In this document: in pieces, positions 58,970 through 64,000 of the stretch | Layout: each line of letters opens with the position of its first letter | Numbering within the stretch: the first letter of the stretch is position 1 | Source of the DNA: an uncultured Actinomycetota bacterium | GTDB lineage: Bacteria > Actinomycetota > Actinomycetes > JAFAQI01 | NCBI GenBank assembly: GCA_963770565.1 | Contig: CAVYQE010000001.1 | Coordinates: 1,504,001 to 1,568,000, forward strand | Reading direction: 5' to 3' | DNA: 64,000 nucleotides | Made by a program: the position numbers and the translations under genes | Notes under the pieces: model-generated | The model's database searches: none | The model's input: only the letters and a program-made list of their open reading frames with translations | What the model was told of the DNA's origin: nothing

Positions 58970-60175
58970 TCAGCGATCGCCCGCGGTGAGGATCGACCAG
59001 GCCCGATCCATGCCTTCGGCGAGACAGCCGTCCACGACCGCATCGTCGCCGAGCGCGCTGACCCGTACCTCGGGGACTACCGGGCTCATCGCGCGCAGCT
59101 GATCGGCGACCGCATCGGCGAATCCCGGCGCCTGCCCGACCCCGCCACCGAAGACGATGAGTTGTGGGTCGGCAACCGCGACGACAGCGCAGATCGCCCG
59201 GGCCACCACTTGAGCCTCCTCGGCGACCACCGACCGCGCGAGCCGGTCACCTGATGCTGCGGCGGCGAAGACCCGCCGGGCCGACAGCGAGCCGGGCATG
59301 CCGCTGCGCCGGGCGGCCCGGACAATCGCCGCGGCCGAGGCGGCCGCCTCCAACGGACCGCGCCGGCGGGCGTCCTTCACATCGGCCCCGAGGCTGTCGC
59401 TGATCGGCAGGTAGGCGATCTCGCCGGCCGCGCCGTGCGCGCCCCGGTGCAGCTTGCCGCCGATGACCAGGCCCATGCCGATCCCGGTGCCGATGGACAG
59501 GAACGCGAAACTGTCGACTTCCCGACCGTGGCCGTGCACTCGCTCGGCGATCGCGGCGGCGTCGACGTCGTTCTCCATCACCACCGACGGGCCGAACGCC
59601 TTGCGCAGGCATTCGAGCACCTCGGGCCGCTCCCAGCCGGGCAGGCTGCGGGCCAGGGTCACGACGTCGCGATTGGGGTCGAGCACGCCCGGGCTGCCGA
59701 CCACGGTCTGGGTGAGGTCCGACAGTGTGATCCCGGCCTCGGCGGCCAGGGCCCGGCCGAGGGCGACCGCCTCCGCCGCTCGGGACGGTCCGGTTCGTGC
59801 GGCGGTACGACGCGACGCTGCGGCGCGGCGCTGCCCCGACATATCGGCGATCGCCCCTCGGACGTACTCCCGGCCGACGTCGAGCGCGAGGGTGTAGCCG
59901 GCGTCCGGCTGCACCTCGTGGAGGAGTGCCGCCGGCCCCGAGACACCCGAGCGCCGGCCGGCCACCCGGATGAGCCCGTCCTGTTGCAGGTTGGCAAGGG
60001 CGAGCGTGACGGTCGGCTTCGACAGTCCGGTCGCCCGGGTCAGGTCGGCCCGCGAGGCCGCACGCGCGCGCCTGACCTCGTCGAGGATCAGCCGTTCGTT
60101 CAGCTCGCGAATGAGTGCCGGACGCGCACCGGGACCGACCGATGTCCCCGCCGTCACCCGGTCACCGTAAACCAT
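58970..60175 (-). CDS. ROK-family transcriptional repressor
   Basis: HTH SRADLTRATGLSKPTV; ENDVDAAA.AE; GTGIGMG; GAAGEI. Confidence 0.92.
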   Translation of the reverse strand: MVYGDRVTAGTSVGPGARPALIRELNERLILDEVRRARAASRADLTRATGLSKPTVTLALANLQQDGLIRVAGRRSGVSGPAALLHEVQPDAGYTLALDVGREYVRGAIADMSGQRRAAASRRTAARTGPSRAAEAVALGRALAAEAGITLSDLTQTVVGSPGVLDPNRDVVTLARSLPGWERPEVLECLRKAFGPSVVMENDVDAAAIAERVHGHGREVDSFAFLSIGTGIGMGLVIGGKLHRGAHGAAGEIAYLPISDSLGADVKDARRRGPLEAAASAAAIVRAARRSGMPGSLSARRVFAAAASGDRLARSVVAEEAQVVARAICAVVAVADPQLIVFGGGVGQAPGFADAVADQLRAMSPVVPEVRVSALGDDAVVDGCLAEGMDRAWSILTAGDR

Positions 60176-60203
60176 CGCGCGTCACCTCTTGCTGGTCCGG
60201 AAC

Positions 60204-60224
60204 TAATAGGCTACTTTCCTATCG
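60204..60224. promoter_or_regulatory. Putative ROK operator
   Basis: ATAGG-N7-CCTAT in the AT-rich divergent intergenic region. Confidence 0.45.
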
Positions 60225-60277
60225 GTTAGGTCGACCAGCCCGCAAGGAGAACCTGTGCCCGCGTCCGGAGCGACCCG

Positions 60278-61261
60278 GTGAGTGGGGTTCCGGTCGTGCT
60301 CGGGGTCGACTACGGCGGCACGAAGATTGCGGTCGGTGTCTGCGATCTCGACGGCCAGCGGCTTGCGTCCAACACCCTGCCGGCCGCGGGCGACCGCGGC
60401 GCGGACGTGACGCTTCAGCGCGGCATCGAAGCCGCTCGCGCCCTGCTGCGAGACCTGCCGGCGGCACGGTTGTCAGCGGTCGGCATCGCCACCTTCGGTA
60501 TTCCCGCGGCGGATCACGTCGGCCTGGCGCCGACGATCGACGGCTGGGACCGGCTGGCCCTGCGCGACGAGCTCGGCGCTGCCTTCGCCGGGGTGCCGGT
60601 CAGTGTGATGACCGACGTCAAGGCCGCGGCGCTGGCCGAGGCGCGCTGGGGGTCGCTGGTCGGCAGCGATCCCGGGCTGTATCTCAACCTCGGCACCGGT
60701 CTGGCCGCCGCCCTCGTGGTCGGCGGCCGCGTCGTACCCGGGCGTCACGGTGCGGCCGGCGAGATTGCGTACAACCTGCGCAGTCTCGACGACGTCGACG
60801 TGCCGATCGAGTCCCGTGCGTTGCTCGAGGACCGGGTGAGCGGACGCGCCCTGGCCGAGCTCGGGCAGGCGCTGCCCGGCGAGCCGCGCGACGCCGTCAG
60901 CCTCTTCCGGCTCGCCGAGGCCGGCGACCGGGCCGCGCAGGCGCTCGTCGACCGGGCGCTCACCGAGCTGTCGTTCCATGTGGTCAACCTGGCCACCGCA
61001 CTCGACCCGCAGCGCATCACCGTCGGCGGCGGGCTGGTCGGGTCGTGGTCGCAACTGGAGCCGCGGCTGCGGCGCGCCCTTGACGCCGGCGTGCCCTACC
61101 CGCCGGAGCTCGTTCGCGCCCATTTTCCCTTCGATGCGCCGTTGGTCGGCGCACTTGCGGTCGGTGTTGAGACCCTGATGGGGTCCAGCGACGGATCGAT
61201 CGCATCTCTACGGCACTGGAACGGCACGGATCGCCCAACCGAGGAGAGGACAGCACCATGA
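60278..61261 (+). CDS. ROK-family sugar kinase
   Basis: GVDYGGTK, TDVKAAALAE, LGTGL, GAAGEI; no HTH. Confidence 0.88.
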   Translation: MSGVPVVLGVDYGGTKIAVGVCDLDGQRLASNTLPAAGDRGADVTLQRGIEAARALLRDLPAARLSAVGIATFGIPAADHVGLAPTIDGWDRLALRDELGAAFAGVPVSVMTDVKAAALAEARWGSLVGSDPGLYLNLGTGLAAALVVGGRVVPGRHGAAGEIAYNLRSLDDVDVPIESRALLEDRVSGRALAELGQALPGEPRDAVSLFRLAEAGDRAAQALVDRALTELSFHVVNLATALDPQRITVGGGLVGSWSQLEPRLRRALDAGVPYPPELVRAHFPFDAPLVGALAVGVETLMGSSDGSIASLRHWNGTDRPTEERTAP

Positions 61262-62925
61262 AGCGGTTGCGTTTGGTGGCGGCAGCGGCGGCGGTGCTCG
61301 CCCTAGGGGCGGCCTGCTCCAGCGGCAACAGTTCAGGCGGCGGCCCGAAGACCGGCGGCGGCACGTCCACGATCACGATCTCGAACGAGAGCGGTGGGCT
61401 GTGGAGCTGCGGATTCAGCCCGTACAACGCCGACGTCAACTTCCAGTCGATCGGCTTCATCTACGAGCCGCTGTTGTTCATCAACTCGCTCAACAGCACC
61501 GCGCCGCCGACGCCGTGGCTGGCTTCGGCGTACCACTACTCCAACGGCGACAAGGTGCTGACCTTCACCATCCGCAAGGGCGTGAAGTTCAGCGACGGCA
61601 CGCCGCTCTCGGCCGCTGACGTCGCCTTCACGTTCGAGCTGATGAAGCAGCACCCGGCTCTCGACCTCAACGCGATCTGGTCGGTGCTCGACAGCGTCAA
61701 GCAGGTCGGTTCGGATCAGGTGCAGTTCACGTTCAAGACCGCGGCGGTGCCGTACCTGTTCTACATCGCCGACCAGGTCGGAATCGTCCCGAAGCACATC
61801 TGGAGCTCGATCGCAAACCCGGTGAACTACAACGACAACAAGCCGGTCGGCACCGGACCATTCGTCATGCAGAAGTGCACCGGCCAGAACGTGCACTACG
61901 TGAAGAACCCGAACTACTGGCAGCCGGGGCTGCCGAAGGTCGACGCGGTCAACTACCCGGCGTTCACATCGAACGACACCGCCAACACCTACCTGTCGAC
62001 CGGCCAGGCGCAGTACGGCAGCCAGTTCATCCCGAACATCAAGGCGTTCTATCTCTCCAAGAGCTCCGACTACCACGACTGGTTCCCGCCGGTGACGAGC
62101 GTCAGCATCTTCATCAATCAGACCGTGGCGCCGCTCAACGACGTGGCGGTGCGCAAGGCCCTGGCCTACTGCGTCGACCGGTCGCGGGTCTCGCAGATCG
62201 GTGAGTACGGCTACGAGCCGCCGGCCAACCAGACCGGCATCACGGTGCCCACGTTCTCCAGCTGGCTCGGCGCGACCCAGAAGGCGAACGACACCTACAC
62301 CTACGACCCGTCGAAGGCGGAGTCGATCCTCACGGCAGCCGGATACCACAAGGGCTCGGACGGGATCTTCGTCTCGCCGAGCGGCAAGAAGCTGGCGTTC
62401 TCGATCATCAACATCAGCGACTACTCGGACTGGGTCGCCTCGTTGCAGGTCGTGCAGCAGGGCATCAAGGCCTGCGGGATGTCGCTCAGCGTCGACAACC
62501 AGTCGGACAACGCTTTCGACGACAACCTGTTCAACGGCAAGTTCCAGCTCGCCTACTACGACGAGACCGGCGGCCCGGCGCCGTACTACGAGCTCCGGCA
62601 GTGGCTCTACGGGCCGAACTCGGCACCGATCGGGAAGCCAGCCGGGTCGAACTACGAGCGGTATCACAACGCGACCGTGGATTCGTTGATCAATCAGTAC
62701 GCTGACACCACGAGCGCGGCCAAGCAGCACACGATCGTGGATCGGCTGGAGCAGTTCATGCTCGACGACGTACCCGTCATCCCGGTGACGGAGCAGGTGG
62801 ACTTCTACGAGTACGACACGTCGTCGTTCTCGGGCTGGGACTCGCCGTCGAACCCGATCGCCCTGCCGTCGGCCTTCTCCGTTCCGGACGTCGAGGTCGT
62901 GCTCCTGCACCTGACGCCGAAGTGA
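61258..62925 (+). CDS. Family-5 ABC substrate-binding lipoprotein (probably oligosaccharide)
   Basis: Lipobox LGAAC; IYEPL, IRKGVKFSDG, PVGTGPF; ROK context. Confidence 0.9.
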   Translation: MKRLRLVAAAAAVLALGAACSSGNSSGGGPKTGGGTSTITISNESGGLWSCGFSPYNADVNFQSIGFIYEPLLFINSLNSTAPPTPWLASAYHYSNGDKVLTFTIRKGVKFSDGTPLSAADVAFTFELMKQHPALDLNAIWSVLDSVKQVGSDQVQFTFKTAAVPYLFYIADQVGIVPKHIWSSIANPVNYNDNKPVGTGPFVMQKCTGQNVHYVKNPNYWQPGLPKVDAVNYPAFTSNDTANTYLSTGQAQYGSQFIPNIKAFYLSKSSDYHDWFPPVTSVSIFINQTVAPLNDVAVRKALAYCVDRSRVSQIGEYGYEPPANQTGITVPTFSSWLGATQKANDTYTYDPSKAESILTAAGYHKGSDGIFVSPSGKKLAFSIINISDYSDWVASLQVVQQGIKACGMSLSVDNQSDNAFDDNLFNGKFQLAYYDETGGPAPYYELRQWLYGPNSAPIGKPAGSNYERYHNATVDSLINQYADTTSAAKQHTIVDRLEQFMLDDVPVIPVTEQVDFYEYDTSSFSGWDSPSNPIALPSAFSVPDVEVVLLHLTPK

Positions 62926-62932
62926 GCCGCCG

Positions 62933-63916
62933 GTGAGGTATCTGCTGCGACGGCTCGGCTTCTTCGCCTTTACGTTGTGGGCGGCGCTGACGATCAACTT
63001 CTTCATCCCGAGGTTGATGCCGGGCAACCCGGCCGAAGCGCTGATCGGGCGCTTCCACGGCCGGGTGAGCGGGCAGGCTCTGCATGCGCTGGAGGTCGCG
63101 TTCGGCGTCAACAGCCACCAGAGCCTGCTCACGCAGTACGTCGACTACCTCGGAGACTGCCTCACCGGGCACTTCGGGATCTCGATCTCGTTCTTCCCCG
63201 AGTCGGTCGGCCACGTGATCCTCGGCGCGCTGCCCTGGACGCTCGGCCTGGTCGGGATCACGACCATCCTCGCGTTCATCGCGGGCACCGGCATCGGCGC
63301 GATCAGCGCCTGGCGCCGCGGTGGCGTGATGGACAGCCTGCTGCCTCCGATCTTCGTCGTGACGTCGGCCTTCCCGTACTTCTGGGTCGCGATGATGGCG
63401 GTGCTGGTGTTCTCGGTCGCGCTCGGCTGGTCACCGATCGGGTTCGGCTACAACACCGGTGACACCGTGGCGTTCACGCCGTCGTTTATCTGGGACGTCA
63501 TCAACCACGCGCTGCTGCCAGCGATCACGATCCTGATCACCTCGATCGGCGGCTGGGTGCTGACCATGCGCAACAACATGGTCACCACGCTGGCCGAGGA
63601 CTACATCCGGATGGCGCGCGCCAAGGGCCTGCCGTCGCGCCGGATCATGGTCGACTACGCCGCGCGCAACGCGATCCTGCCCAACCTGACCGGTTTCGCG
63701 ATGTCGCTGGGCTTCGTGATCAGCGGCGCGATCCTCGTCGAGTACGTCTTCGCCTACCCGGGCGTCGGATTCATGCTCCTGCAGGCAGTGCAGAACGAGG
63801 ACTACGCCTTGATGCAGGCGTTGTTCCTCCTCATCACCGTCGCCGTACTGCTCTCGGTGCTGGTCGCCGACTTGATGACCGCCTGGCTCGACCCGCGAAC
63901 CCGGGCCAAGGCATGA
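62933..63916 (+). CDS. ABC permease (DppB-like)
   Basis: PRLMPGNP, EDYIRMARAKGL, LDPRTR. Confidence 0.92.
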   Translation: MRYLLRRLGFFAFTLWAALTINFFIPRLMPGNPAEALIGRFHGRVSGQALHALEVAFGVNSHQSLLTQYVDYLGDCLTGHFGISISFFPESVGHVILGALPWTLGLVGITTILAFIAGTGIGAISAWRRGGVMDSLLPPIFVVTSAFPYFWVAMMAVLVFSVALGWSPIGFGYNTGDTVAFTPSFIWDVINHALLPAITILITSIGGWVLTMRNNMVTTLAEDYIRMARAKGLPSRRIMVDYAARNAILPNLTGFAMSLGFVISGAILVEYVFAYPGVGFMLLQAVQNEDYALMQALFLLITVAVLLSVLVADLMTAWLDPRTRAKA

Positions 63917-64000
63917 CGCTGCACCTCGCGGTCAACCGCCCGCCCGCCGATGACCTGCCGGTCATGATCGGGCGGCGCGGCTACCGGTCGACCATGCTGA
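63913..64000 (+). CDS. 5' end of next gene, probably second ABC permease (partial)
   Basis: ATGA overlap; open to the window end; product inferred from operon order only. Confidence 0.5.
   Translation, partial: MTLHLAVNRPPADDLPVMIGRRGYRSTML

Noticed and set aside
1-64000. Many long Arg/Pro/Gly-rich overlapping ORFs in the track
   Set aside because: Expected stop-poor shadow frames of high-GC coding DNA with no family motifs

Overview
High-GC actinomycete chromosomal window; mycothiol-, F420- and RbpA-type genes support that lineage. It runs from the 3' end of a class II ribonucleotide reductase through a ~12 kb TetR-linked amide-catabolism operon (amidohydrolase, Opp-type ABC importer, amidase, NylB-like serine hydrolase, VOC enzyme, CoA ligase). 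It also holds two SigE-family sigma/anti-sigma pairs (one sigma frameshifted), a 31-bp tandem array, and an AKR/F420-oxidoreductase/AlkZ-like gene string. Further genes include WS/DGAT, a peroxidase, a two-component system with an ABC exporter, an FAD-oxidoreductase-TPR fusion, a divergent RbpA, dusB, maf, an amino-acid ABC importer and a GH9. A DUF222-HNH gene carries an exact PafBC-type promoter and DnaA-box-like sites. An accessory stretch holds arr behind a rifamycin-associated element (RAE). The window ends in a ROK/ABC operon. No rRNA, tRNA, CRISPR array, integrase or transposase was recognised. All calls come from reading motifs by eye and from remembered family consensus sequences; no searches were run.
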